From the NCBI GenBank assembly GCA_947258785.1, contig CAMYJT010000005.1, positions 26,993-90,992 on the forward strand: a stretch of DNA of 64,000 bases, in the 5' to 3' direction. The first letter of the stretch is position 1. Each line of letters opens with the position of its first letter. The notes below the pieces were generated by a model. That model saw only the letters and a program-made list of their open reading frames with translations. It was not told the DNA's origin and did not search any database. Made by a program: the position numbers and the translations under genes. Source of the stretch: an uncultured Gammaproteobacteria bacterium. Lineage in GTDB: Bacteria; Pseudomonadota; Gammaproteobacteria; Arenicellales; JAANXG01. This document shows, piece after piece, positions 13,037-23,709 of this stretch.

Positions 13037-13279
13037 CCTGCATATTGCACCAAGGCGGCGAAATAATGGTGTATCAACATGATTGTGCTCAATGATTCGG
13101 TCTTAGGTGATTAGTACAGTTTGTGCTTCCGCAATCGCCTATCCCGGCCCTGGCTCGATCTCGAACGTCTGCACTTGCGCTTCACTCAACCCATAGCTCG
13201 CTATGGGTTTTGTTCCAGCGCGGCGTACAGACGCCCGATCTCTTCGCCAGCTTCCGGGATCCTTGGTGCAATATGCAGG
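13037..13279 (+). mobile_element. MITE-like element, copy B (243 bp)
   Basis: The perfect 19-bp terminal inverted repeats are cctgcatattgcaccaagg (13037-13055) and ccttggtgcaatatgcagg (13261-13279). A direct CTAG flanks both sides (13033-13036 and 13280-13283). Confidence 0.85.
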
Positions 13280-14161
13280 CTAGAACACGTACACAAAAAT
13301 AAACAGGCCGACCCACACCGTGTCTACAAAGTGCCAGTACCACGCACCGGCCTCGAACGCGAAGTGGTTCTCCGGCTTGAAGTGACCGCGCAGACAGCGC
13401 AGCCAGACGACCAGCAGGATGATCGCACCGACCGTTACGTGGAGCCCGTGAAAACCGGTCAACATGAAAAACGTTGCGCCGTAGACACCCGTGCCCAAAG
13501 TCAATCCGAGTTCTTGGTAAGCGTGGGCGTACTCCTTGCCCTGTAAGAACAAAAACATTGCGCCCAGCACCAATGTGATACCCAACCACACAATTAGCTT
13601 GCGCCGCTCATTCATCTTCAAGGCGTGGTGAGCGATGGTGACGGTGACACTGGACAACAGCAGTAGCCCGGTGTTGACGACCGGAATGCCCCAAGCGCCG
13701 ATCGTGGAAAACTGCCGGCTGGGATCGGCGACCACGGTGTCGGCTTCGATGGGTAACGGTCCTTTAGGTCCGGCGGTCGGCCATCCTCCCTCGTAGCCCG
13801 GCCACAACAGATCGGTATCCGCCAACCATGGTACAGCCAAAGATCGGGTGTAAAACAAAGCGCTGAAAAACGCCGCGAAGAACATCACCTCCGAGAAGAT
13901 GAACCACATCATGCTCATGCGGAAGGACAGGCCGACATGGTCATTGTACATGCCACCCTCGCTCTCCCGGATCACCCTGCCGAACCACCCGAACATCATG
14001 AAAATGATGGTTGCCGCGCCAAATCCCATCAACCAGGGCCCGGTTTTGCCCTCGTTGAGAAACAACATTAATCCCAACAGCGTGGTAAACAGCCCGATGG
14101 AACCGATGATGGGCCAGGCACTTGGATTCGGCAGGTAATAGCCATCTCGCGAGCCACTCAT
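13280..14161 (-). CDS. coxC: cytochrome c oxidase subunit III
   Basis: The 293-aa 7-TM protein contains FHGLHVTVG and WYWHFVDTVW. Confidence 0.93.
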   Translation of the reverse strand: MSGSRDGYYLPNPSAWPIIGSIGLFTTLLGLMLFLNEGKTGPWLMGFGAATIIFMMFGWFGRVIRESEGGMYNDHVGLSFRMSMMWFIFSEVMFFAAFFSALFYTRSLAVPWLADTDLLWPGYEGGWPTAGPKGPLPIEADTVVADPSRQFSTIGAWGIPVVNTGLLLLSSVTVTIAHHALKMNERRKLIVWLGITLVLGAMFLFLQGKEYAHAYQELGLTLGTGVYGATFFMLTGFHGLHVTVGAIILLVVWLRCLRGHFKPENHFAFEAGAWYWHFVDTVWVGLFIFVYVF

Positions 14162-14193
14162 TTTCTGTCTCCCCTGAACGATAACCCTTGGTA

Positions 14194-14805
14194 TCAGTTG
14201 GTGTTTTTTGCGGTATCGGGCCCTGTCGCACTGCGCCCCGCCGGCGGCGTTCCGGCGTACGCCTCGGCGTTAAAAAACGCGTAAGACAAGGTGACCGTGC
14301 GGATGTCCCGCGGTAGATCGTGTTCAACGACGAAGCGCACCGGCATTGCTTTCGTCTCGCCCGCCTGCAGTGTTTGTTCGGTGAAGCAAAAACACTCGGT
14401 CTTCTTGAAGTGAGCCGCCGCCTTACCGGGCGTCACACTGGGTATCGCCCGCCCCACGATCGGCCGCCCGGCCGTATTGCGGGCGATATAGACCGCCGCC
14501 GCGACTTCCCCGGGGCGCACCTGCATCGAACTCACTTGAGGACGAAACTCCCATGGCAATCCGTTGGCGGTGTTGCCGGTGAACTCAACGGTGACCATAC
14601 GACTGGTATCTACGTCCGCGGCCCGTATTGATCTCGCGTCGGCGATACCGGTCTTGCCGTTCAGGCCGGTGATCTCGCAAAATACGTCGTACAACGGCAC
14701 CAACGCAAATCCGAAACCGAACATCGCGAACACCAGCAACACCAGGCGCGCGATGAGGCGTCGGTTGGCCCTGCTGTCACCGCGGACTGTCGGCTCGTCG
14801 ATCAT
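14194..14805 (-). CDS. ctaG: cytochrome c oxidase assembly protein CtaG/Cox11
   Basis: The 203-aa ORF has an N-terminal TM helix, the motif LYDVFCEITGLNG and the CFCF copper motif. Confidence 0.9.
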   Translation of the reverse strand: MIDEPTVRGDSRANRRLIARLVLLVFAMFGFGFALVPLYDVFCEITGLNGKTGIADARSIRAADVDTSRMVTVEFTGNTANGLPWEFRPQVSSMQVRPGEVAAAVYIARNTAGRPIVGRAIPSVTPGKAAAHFKKTECFCFTEQTLQAGETKAMPVRFVVEHDLPRDIRTVTLSYAFFNAEAYAGTPPAGRSATGPDTAKNTN

Positions 14806-14933
14806 GTGGACGACTGCAGAACGAACAAAACCAGAAAACCCAGCGCCACGCCGACGAGGATCAAAGCCAAGCGGACGTTTGACCGCGCCCGTACCCGTTG
14901 TTCATCTCTCGTATCGACATTCGTGCCAGTCAT
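14802..14933 (-). CDS. 43-aa single-TM small protein between coxA and ctaG (cytochrome oxidase small assembly protein-like)
   Basis: I translated it by hand because it is below the track cutoff. The peptide is MTGTNVDTRDEQRVRARSNVRLALILVGVALGFLVLFVLQSST. Its stop overlaps the ctaG start as ATGA. Confidence 0.55.
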   Translation of the reverse strand: MTGTNVDTRDEQRVRARSNVRLALILVGVALGFLVLFVLQSST

Positions 14934-14944
14934 CGGATTCTATT

Positions 14945-16519
14945 TCAGATCACTTTGGGCGGGGTCTCGAAGGTGTGGTAAGGCGCCGGCGACGGAACCG
15001 TCCATTCCAAACCGCGTGGCCGTTCCCAGACCTCGTCCGTCGCTCGCACCCCACTGCGTACACACTTAACGATGATGTAGACGAACAACAGCTGCGACAA
15101 ACCGAGACCGAAGGCGCCGAGACTCGAAATCACGTTGAATTCCGTGAACTGTAACGCGTAGTCCGGTATGCGCCGCGGCATACCGGCCAGGCCCAAGAAG
15201 TGTTGCGGAAAGAACGTGACGTTGAAGAATATCGTGGTCAACCAAAAGTGAATCTTACCCAATTTCTCGTCGTACATGTGACCGGTCCATTTGGGCAGCC
15301 AGTAGTAGGCACCGCCCATCATCGCCATTGCCGCGCCGGAAAACAACACGTAGTGGAAATGGGCAACCACGAAGTAAGTGTCGTGATACTGAAAGTCGGC
15401 GGGTGTGATGGCCAGCATCAGCCCGGAAAATCCGCCGATCGTGAACAGAAACACGACCGCCACGGCAAATAGCATCGGGGTCTCAAAGGTCAATGCACCA
15501 CGCCACATGGTGGACACCCAGTTGAACACCTTCACGCCCGTAGGAACCGCGATCAGCATGGTCGAATACATGAAAAACAACTCTCCCGCCAGCGGCATGC
15601 CGACGGTAAACATGTGATGAGCCCAGACAACGAAGGACAGAAAGGCGATGCACGCGGTCGCCAGCACCATAGTCGTATAACCGAACAGTGGCTTGCGTGA
15701 GAACGTCGGAATAATCTCAGAAATGATCCCGAAGGCCGGCAGAATCATGATGTACACTTCCGGATGCCCGAAGAACCAGAAAATGTGTTGAAACATCACC
15801 GGATCTCCACCGCCCGCGGGATCGAAAAATGCGGTCCCGAAATGGCGGTCCGTCAACAACATCGTCACCGCTCCGGCCAGCACCGGCATCACCGCGATCA
15901 ACAGAAACGCCGTAATCAGCCAGGTCCAGACGAACAACGGCATTTTCATCAGGCTCATCCCAGGCGCGCGCATGTTGAAGATCGTCACGATGATATTGAT
16001 CGCACCGAGAATCGAAGATATGCCCATCATGTGTATGGCGAAAATGGTCATGTCCACACTCATGCCGCCTTGGATAGTCAACGGCGCGTACAGCGTCCAA
16101 CCCGCCGCGGGCCCGCCGCCGGGCACGAACAGGCTGGACAACAGCATGGTGAATGCGAACGGCAGTATCCAGAAGCTCCAGTTGTTCAACCGCGGTAACG
16201 CCATATCCGGAGCCCCGACCATCATGGGAATCATCCAGTTGGCGAACCCCACGAAACCCGGCATGATCGCCCCGAAAACCATGATCAGGGCGTGCATAGT
16301 GGTCATTTGATTGAAGAAGTGGGGATCGACAATCTGCAGGCCGGGTTGAAACAACTCGGCCCGGACCACAAGGGCCATGAAACCACCGATCAAAAACATG
16401 GTCAACGAAAAGCACAGGTATAGCGTGCCGATGTCCTTGTGGTTGGTGGTGGTTAACCAACGCATGATTCCGGTGGGATGATGGTGCCCCTCGTGGGAGG
16501 CGACTTCTGCAGTGGCCAT
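14945..16519 (-). CDS. coxA: cytochrome c oxidase subunit I
   Basis: The 524-aa ORF contains WFFGHPEVYI and HHMFTVGM. Confidence 0.97.
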   Translation of the reverse strand: MATAEVASHEGHHHPTGIMRWLTTTNHKDIGTLYLCFSLTMFLIGGFMALVVRAELFQPGLQIVDPHFFNQMTTMHALIMVFGAIMPGFVGFANWMIPMMVGAPDMALPRLNNWSFWILPFAFTMLLSSLFVPGGGPAAGWTLYAPLTIQGGMSVDMTIFAIHMMGISSILGAINIIVTIFNMRAPGMSLMKMPLFVWTWLITAFLLIAVMPVLAGAVTMLLTDRHFGTAFFDPAGGGDPVMFQHIFWFFGHPEVYIMILPAFGIISEIIPTFSRKPLFGYTTMVLATACIAFLSFVVWAHHMFTVGMPLAGELFFMYSTMLIAVPTGVKVFNWVSTMWRGALTFETPMLFAVAVVFLFTIGGFSGLMLAITPADFQYHDTYFVVAHFHYVLFSGAAMAMMGGAYYWLPKWTGHMYDEKLGKIHFWLTTIFFNVTFFPQHFLGLAGMPRRIPDYALQFTEFNVISSLGAFGLGLSQLLFVYIIVKCVRSGVRATDEVWERPRGLEWTVPSPAPYHTFETPPKVI

Positions 16520-16552
16520 ACTGTTATTCTCCTTTAGTACGACAAACGCGGA

Positions 16553-17668
16553 TTATCGAAGCGCCGAGATCTGCGACGGCAATACGGCATCACCGATGTC
16601 GTTGCCGAAGGCGTTTCGCTGATAGGTAATGACGGAGGCGACCTCTACATCAGTCAGTTGATCCTTGAACGCTTGCATGGAAGTACCCGAGCGGCCGTTC
16701 ATGACCACGTCGATGTGCCGATCGACCGGCCCGGTGACGATCGAGCTTCCAGCAATCGCCGGGAATCCGCCCGGCGTGCCGCCGCCGTCGACACCGTGGC
16801 AGCCGGCGCATTTTGAGTACACCTGGCCGCCCTCGGCCATCAACCGGTCATTAGTCCACTCAGCGGCGGCGGTGTCCGGCTTCGCGGCCGCCGATTTCTG
16901 CCCGGTCAGCCAGGCGTCAAACTCCTCCGGTGTTTTCGCCTCCACGACGACAGGCATGAAGCCGTGGTCCTTACCACATAATTCGGTACACTGGCCCCTA
17001 TACGTGCCCGGCTTCTCGATTAACGTCCAAGACTCGTTGATATAACCCGGGATGGCGTCTTTCTTGGTGCCGAATTTGGGGACCCACCAGGAGTGGATCA
17101 CGTCGTTCGCGGTGAACAGAAAACGCACTTTTCGATCGGTCGGCAGTACCAACGGATTGTCAACCTCCAGCAGATAATGCTCGCCCTTCGGCGCCTTGCC
17201 CTCGATCTGCGCACGCGGCGTCGACAGGGTGCTGTAGAAGCCGACGCCGTGTTTCTGATACTCGTAGTGCCACTTCCATTGGTAACCGGTGACCTTCACG
17301 GTTAGGTCGGCCTTGGAGGTGTCCTCCATGTTGATCAAAGTGGCAGTCGACGGGATCGCCATACCGATCAGGATAAAAAACGGGATGATCGTCCATACCA
17401 GCTCCAGAGAATTGCTGTGCGAGAACTGGGCGGCGGTGCTGCCTCTACTCTTGCGGTGGGCCCAAATCGAGTAGAACATGAAACCGAATACGACGAAAAA
17501 GATGATCAGGCAGATGAGCAGGATCAAATTGTGAAGCTCAAGGATCTCCTGGCCGATGGGCGAGACCGGCGGTGGCAGATTGAGGTCCCAGGCGGCGCCG
17601 GCACGACCGGTCATCGCAAACAAGGTGGCGCCGCCGAGCAGAACGACCTTTCTTAAGTGCGTTAGCAT
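16553..17668 (-). CDS. coxB: cytochrome c oxidase subunit II with C-terminal cytochrome c domain
   Basis: The CuA site is HSWWVP...CTELCGKDHGFM. The C-terminal heme-binding motif is CAGCH. Confidence 0.95.
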   Translation of the reverse strand: MLTHLRKVVLLGGATLFAMTGRAGAAWDLNLPPPVSPIGQEILELHNLILLICLIIFFVVFGFMFYSIWAHRKSRGSTAAQFSHSNSLELVWTIIPFFILIGMAIPSTATLINMEDTSKADLTVKVTGYQWKWHYEYQKHGVGFYSTLSTPRAQIEGKAPKGEHYLLEVDNPLVLPTDRKVRFLFTANDVIHSWWVPKFGTKKDAIPGYINESWTLIEKPGTYRGQCTELCGKDHGFMPVVVEAKTPEEFDAWLTGQKSAAAKPDTAAAEWTNDRLMAEGGQVYSKCAGCHGVDGGGTPGGFPAIAGSSIVTGPVDRHIDVVMNGRSGTSMQAFKDQLTDVEVASVITYQRNAFGNDIGDAVLPSQISALR

Positions 17669-17708
17669 TGTTTATTTACTCCCTCCAGGTGTCTCAACAT
17701 TCAACCAT

Positions 17709-18203
17709 TTAATGCCTACAGCGACGGTGCAGCGCCTCGCGAATGCGCCGCCCCAAGTCGGCCCTGGCCGCACCGGTCAAGGCATCACCGACGGCAACAA
17801 AACGTCCGTGCGACCCGATCAGCAGCTGTTCCGAGTGCGGCCCAGCGGTGTCCGGCAAACCACGCACCATGGTCCAGTACCGCTGAAATTGATGCGCAGC
17901 CAGGCGTTTGCCCTGCCGCTGGGTAATCATTACTCGATCACCGTGAATGACGATCAGTTCATAGTTCTTACTGTGCTGCCAGTTCACAGTGAAGCCCACC
18001 ACAAGGGCAATCAGCTCCAGACCCGTAAAGGGAAGAATCGGCCAATAACCGAGCGCAAAAAAACTCAGTCCGATCGTTAGCGCGAGTAAGCTGAAGCAGA
18101 TGACCGTAACCGCCATGGTCCGCGGCGGCATCGAGCGGTATGGGCGTACAAACTCCCCGAATTCTTCTCCGGCGGCCCCGCTGGGACTCACCGTACCCTT
18201 CAC
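17709..18203 (-). CDS. DUF2244-type integral membrane protein (cox-cluster associated)
   Basis: The 164-aa ORF contains RPYRSMPPRTM followed by two TM helices. It lies upstream of coxB. Confidence 0.6.
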   Translation of the reverse strand: MKGTVSPSGAAGEEFGEFVRPYRSMPPRTMAVTVICFSLLALTIGLSFFALGYWPILPFTGLELIALVVGFTVNWQHSKNYELIVIHGDRVMITQRQGKRLAAHQFQRYWTMVRGLPDTAGPHSEQLLIGSHGRFVAVGDALTGAARADLGRRIREALHRRCRH

Positions 18204-18394
18204 GCCGTTACATTCCCTAGCAAGGCGCGCAAAGTATCACACCAATATATACCCTTCAACACTGTCAACTTTAGGTTTTTTTCGTCCGCCATACACGGGG
18301 GGGTTTGACTGCACAGCCGTTCGCAAGTTCCGCAGCGGACGCTTAACATGCTCGACCCACCGCGCGTTAAACCGTCCGCCGGGCGGCTTCGAAT

Positions 18395-19945
<1,551 letters not shown>

Positions 19946-19956
<11 letters not shown>

Positions 19957-20704
19957 GGCCTCGATGTGTCAGGGTTACGAAATCTTCGGTATGGGTGATG
20001 AACGGCGCGTGCCCAGCCGTCAGCAGCGACAGCTCCGCATCGGGAATGCGCTGCACCAAATACTCGGCGGCTGCCGGTGGCGCAATACGATCCAAGCGGC
20101 CGTGAATGAGTTGGGTGGGTACGCGCAGCCCAGCGACCTGCGGGCGCAGGTCGCTGCGTGTCAAGATCGACAGACTGCGGCGCAGCGCCGCCGGCCCGGG
20201 TGCGCCGCAGCTATTGATCATTTCGCGCATCTGGCGGGCCGCCGCGCGGCCGCAGTTCAACCGTCCCGACTGCAGAAGCAGAAAGCGCGTGATCGCAGCC
20301 GGATAGTCGGCGGCCAAATCACGGCACATCCGCTGCATGTATCCAAGGGCGACCCCGTGCGGCCATTCGGGGTCGGCGACAAACTTGGCGTTGGCGCCGA
20401 CCAGCACCAATCGTGTGACCCGGCCGGGCCGGCTCAGCGCGACCTGCATTGCGACCAGGCTGCCGAGGGACCAGCCGACCCAGACGGCGGCCTCCTCGAC
20501 ACGGTCCGCAACCTGCTCCGCAATCGATCCAAGATCGTCGGCCTCCCGCAACACCCCGGCCTCGCCGTAGCCGGGCAAATCCAACGCTAACACCCGGTAG
20601 TGCGGGCGCAGGCGATCGACCACCGGCGCCCAGATACAGCGGTTCACCCCCCAACCGTGCAGCAAGACCAAGGTGGGTCTGTATCGGGCCGTCACGCTTG
20701 GCAT
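19946..20704 (-). CDS. bioH: pimeloyl-ACP methyl ester esterase
   Basis: The 252-aa alpha/beta hydrolase has LVLLHGWG and the nucleophile elbow GWSLGS. It lies between bioF and bioC. Confidence 0.85.
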
Positions 20705-21906
20705 TCGGACAGCGCAACCGCCAAGCCGTCGAGCAGCCGGTCGACGTCCTCATCGGTATGGGTTGCCGAAAACGTGACCCGCAGGCGGGCGCTGTGCGGC
20801 GGCACCGTCGGCGGCCGAATAGCGGTTACCAGGATACCCCGACTCTGCAGCGTCCGGCTGGCGGCCACTGCCCGTTTGGACTCACCGACTATCACGGGCT
20901 GAATGGGAGTGCCGGACTCGCCGATCGGCAAACCCAACTCAGCGGCGCCGCGCCGGAACCGGGCAACCATGGCGCGCAACCGCTCCCGCCGCCACGATTC
21001 CTCCCGAACGATGCGCAACGACTCACAAGTCGCCGCCGCGAGCGCCGGTGGGGGTGCAGTTGTGTAAATGTAGGTGCGCGCCTCTTGAATCAGCGTTTCG
21101 ATCAACAGCGCCTCCCCCGCGACAAAGGCGCCGAAAGTTCCCAAGGCTTTCCCAAGCGTGCCCATCATAATCACCGGCGGCACTAGCGGTATCGCAGACT
21201 GCTCGAGCGAGCCGCGGCCGCGATCGCCCAGTACCCCGAACCCATGCGCGTCGTCGATGATCAGCCGGGCGTCGTGCGCCGCCGCCAGTGAGATCAGCTC
21301 GGGCAGCGGCGCAAGGTCGCCGTCCATACTGAACACTGCGTCAGTCAAAATGAGTGTTCGGCCGCGGCTCGCGGTGCTCAATAACCGCCGGACCTCTGTG
21401 CAGTCGGCGTGTGCGTAACGTCGCAGTTGTGCCCGCGCCAGCAGACCGGCATCGATCAGGGATGCGTGATTCAAGCGGTCCTCAAGCAACAGATCGCCGC
21501 GCCGCGACAAGGCGTTGACCACTCCCAGATTCGCCATGTAGCCCGTCGAGAACACCAGGGCTTTCGGCGCACCGAGGAATTCCGCCAGTGCCGCCTCCAG
21601 GTCCTCGTGCGGCGCCAGGTGGCCGGTGATCAAATGCGACGCACCGGCGCCCACGCCGTAGCGGTCGGCCGCCCGCTGCAGCGCACTGACCAGGCGCCGG
21701 TCGTTGGCGAGACCGAGGTAATCGTTACTGCAGAAACTCACATAAAGGCGGCCGTCGACCTGGACGCGGGACGACTGCGGCCCGTCCACGGTGATGCGTC
21801 GTCGCAACAGGCCTTGCATTCTCCGCGCGTCGAGACGGCGTTCAAAATCAACGGTCCACGTCATCGGTGATGGCGCCGCCGCGTCAGTGCTCGGCCGACC
21901 TTGCAC
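20692..21906 (-). CDS. bioF: 8-amino-7-oxononanoate synthase
   Basis: The 404-aa ORF has the PLP lysine context GTLGKALG and DDAHGFG. Confidence 0.92.
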   Translation of the reverse strand: MQGRPSTDAAAPSPMTWTVDFERRLDARRMQGLLRRRITVDGPQSSRVQVDGRLYVSFCSNDYLGLANDRRLVSALQRAADRYGVGAGASHLITGHLAPHEDLEAALAEFLGAPKALVFSTGYMANLGVVNALSRRGDLLLEDRLNHASLIDAGLLARAQLRRYAHADCTEVRRLLSTASRGRTLILTDAVFSMDGDLAPLPELISLAAAHDARLIIDDAHGFGVLGDRGRGSLEQSAIPLVPPVIMMGTLGKALGTFGAFVAGEALLIETLIQEARTYIYTTAPPPALAAATCESLRIVREESWRRERLRAMVARFRRGAAELGLPIGESGTPIQPVIVGESKRAVAASRTLQSRGILVTAIRPPTVPPHSARLRVTFSATHTDEDVDRLLDGLAVALSECQA

Positions 21907-21921
21907 GTCACGTCGCCGCCG

Positions 21922-22956
21922 TCAACCGCGCACCCTGTCCACGCCGCCTTCGTCTACTGACCCAGTGTCAGCCGCCGGTTGCGGGCGTATGCCGAGGCGT
22001 GCGAACAACGCCCGGTCGTGGTCGGTGGTGGCGTTGCCGGTGGTCAGCAACAAGTCCCCATAGAAGATTGAGTTGGCGCCGGCAAAGAAACTCAAGGCCT
22101 GCAGTTCATCACTCATGGACTGGCGCCCCGCTGACAGGCGGACGTGGGTGGTCGGCATGGTGATTCTGGCCACCGCAATCGTACGTACGAACTCGAACAC
22201 GTCCAGATCCTCAGTTCCGTACAACGGCGTGCCGGGCACCTGCACCAGCATATTGATGGGCACACTGTCCGGACATTGAGGAAGACTTGCCAGCTCCGCG
22301 ATCAAGGCAACGCGGTCCGCCCGTGTTTCCCCCATCCCGACGATCCCGCCACAACACACGCGGATGTCCGACGCGCGCACGTACTCCAAGGTCTGCAACC
22401 GATCCTCATAACGGCGGGTCGATACGATCCGGTCGTAGTAGGCCTCCGAGGTGTCCAGGTTGTGATTGTAATAATCAAGACCCGCGTCTTTGAGACGCCG
22501 GGCCTGTTCAGACGTCAACATCCCGAGGGTGGCGCAGGTCTCCAGACCCAGCGCTTTGACTCCTGCCACCGTCTCCACGACGCGATCCAAATCGCGGTCC
22601 CTGGGGCTGCGCCACGCCGCGCCCATACAGAAACGGGTGGCACCCGCCCGTTTGGCTGCCGCTGCGGCGGCCACGACGTCTGCGGTCTCCATCAGTTTTT
22701 CCGGAGCGACCCCAGTGGCGTGATGGGCACTTTGAGGACAATAGCCGCAATCCTCGGAACAGGCCCCGGTTTTGATGCTCAGCAGAGCACTCAATTGCAC
22801 CTCGTTGGGATCGAAGTGTTGCCTATGGGTGGTGTGAGCACGGAAAATAAGATCGTTGAAAGGCAACTCGTACAGGGCGCCGACCGCTGATTCGCGCCAG
22901 CGGGGCGCCACGGAGGCCCGTTCGCGTTCGGTGTGGTCAGTGTTCATGGAGGCCAT
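21922..22956 (-). CDS. bioB: biotin synthase
   Basis: The 344-aa ORF has the radical-SAM motif [11 protein letters not shown]. Confidence 0.95.
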   Translation of the reverse strand: MASMNTDHTERERASVAPRWRESAVGALYELPFNDLIFRAHTTHRQHFDPNEVQLSALLSIKTGACSEDCGYCPQSAHHATGVAPEKLMETADVVAAAAAAKRAGATRFCMGAAWRSPRDRDLDRVVETVAGVKALGLETCATLGMLTSEQARRLKDAGLDYYNHNLDTSEAYYDRIVSTRRYEDRLQTLEYVRASDIRVCCGGIVGMGETRADRVALIAELASLPQCPDSVPINMLVQVPGTPLYGTEDLDVFEFVRTIAVARITMPTTHVRLSAGRQSMSDELQALSFFAGANSIFYGDLLLTTGNATTDHDRALFARLGIRPQPAADTGSVDEGGVDRVRG

Positions 22957-22977
22957 GGCAGGTCAAGGAGTCAGGGT

Positions 22978-23709
22978 ATGCGTCAAGACGGAAGGATGCC
23001 ACGGATTGACAATTGTGTAAAAAACGCACTCAACTGGCTGTACCCTGCGAAGTGCGCGGTCTGCCGGAGCGCGGACACGGGGGACCTGGGGCTGTGTGAG
23101 GGCTGCCTGACGGATCTGCCCCGCTGGCCGCAACAGTGTCCCCGTTGCGCTGGACACGGGCACCCGGACACGTCGTGCGGCCGCTGCCAGCAGACACACC
23201 CGGCCTTCGACGTCACGCTGGCGCCCCTGGTTTACGGCCCACCCCTGGACCGCTTGCTCCGCGAGTTCAAATACCAGCGCCGGTTCCGCTACGCCCGGGT
23301 CTTAGGTCAGGTGTTGCGGCACGAGATCGAAGGTCGCCTCCGACAACCGCCAGAGGCCGTCGTGCCGGTGCCGCTGCACGCGAGCCGGCTGCGGCAGCGC
23401 GGCTTTAACCAATCTCTGGAACTGGCGCGACCGATCGCAGCAGCCCTGGGCATCCCCATCCTGCGGCATTGTGTTGAACGCGTTCACAACACCACGCCAC
23501 AGACTCGGCTGCCGCTGGCGCGTCGGCGGGCCAACGTCAACGGGGCCTTTGCGGCACGCCTGACCATGACATTTGAACGCGTAGCGATTGTGGACGACGT
23601 CATGACCAGCGGCCATACTGTTAACGACTTGGCGCGCTGCCTGAAACGGGCGGGCGTCGGGCACGTGCAAGTTTGGACACTGGCGAGGGCGCAGCCGACA
23701 AAGACCTGA
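22978..23709 (+). CDS. comF: ComF-family protein (phosphoribosyltransferase domain)
   Basis: It has an N-terminal Cys-rich zinc-ribbon-like region (CAVC...CEGC...CPRC...CGRC) and the C-terminal PRT motif VAIVDDVMTSGHT. The start is uncertain and could be 22933, 22978 or 22996. Confidence 0.8.
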   Translation: MRQDGRMPRIDNCVKNALNWLYPAKCAVCRSADTGDLGLCEGCLTDLPRWPQQCPRCAGHGHPDTSCGRCQQTHPAFDVTLAPLVYGPPLDRLLREFKYQRRFRYARVLGQVLRHEIEGRLRQPPEAVVPVPLHASRLRQRGFNQSLELARPIAAALGIPILRHCVERVHNTTPQTRLPLARRRANVNGAFAARLTMTFERVAIVDDVMTSGHTVNDLARCLKRAGVGHVQVWTLARAQPTKT

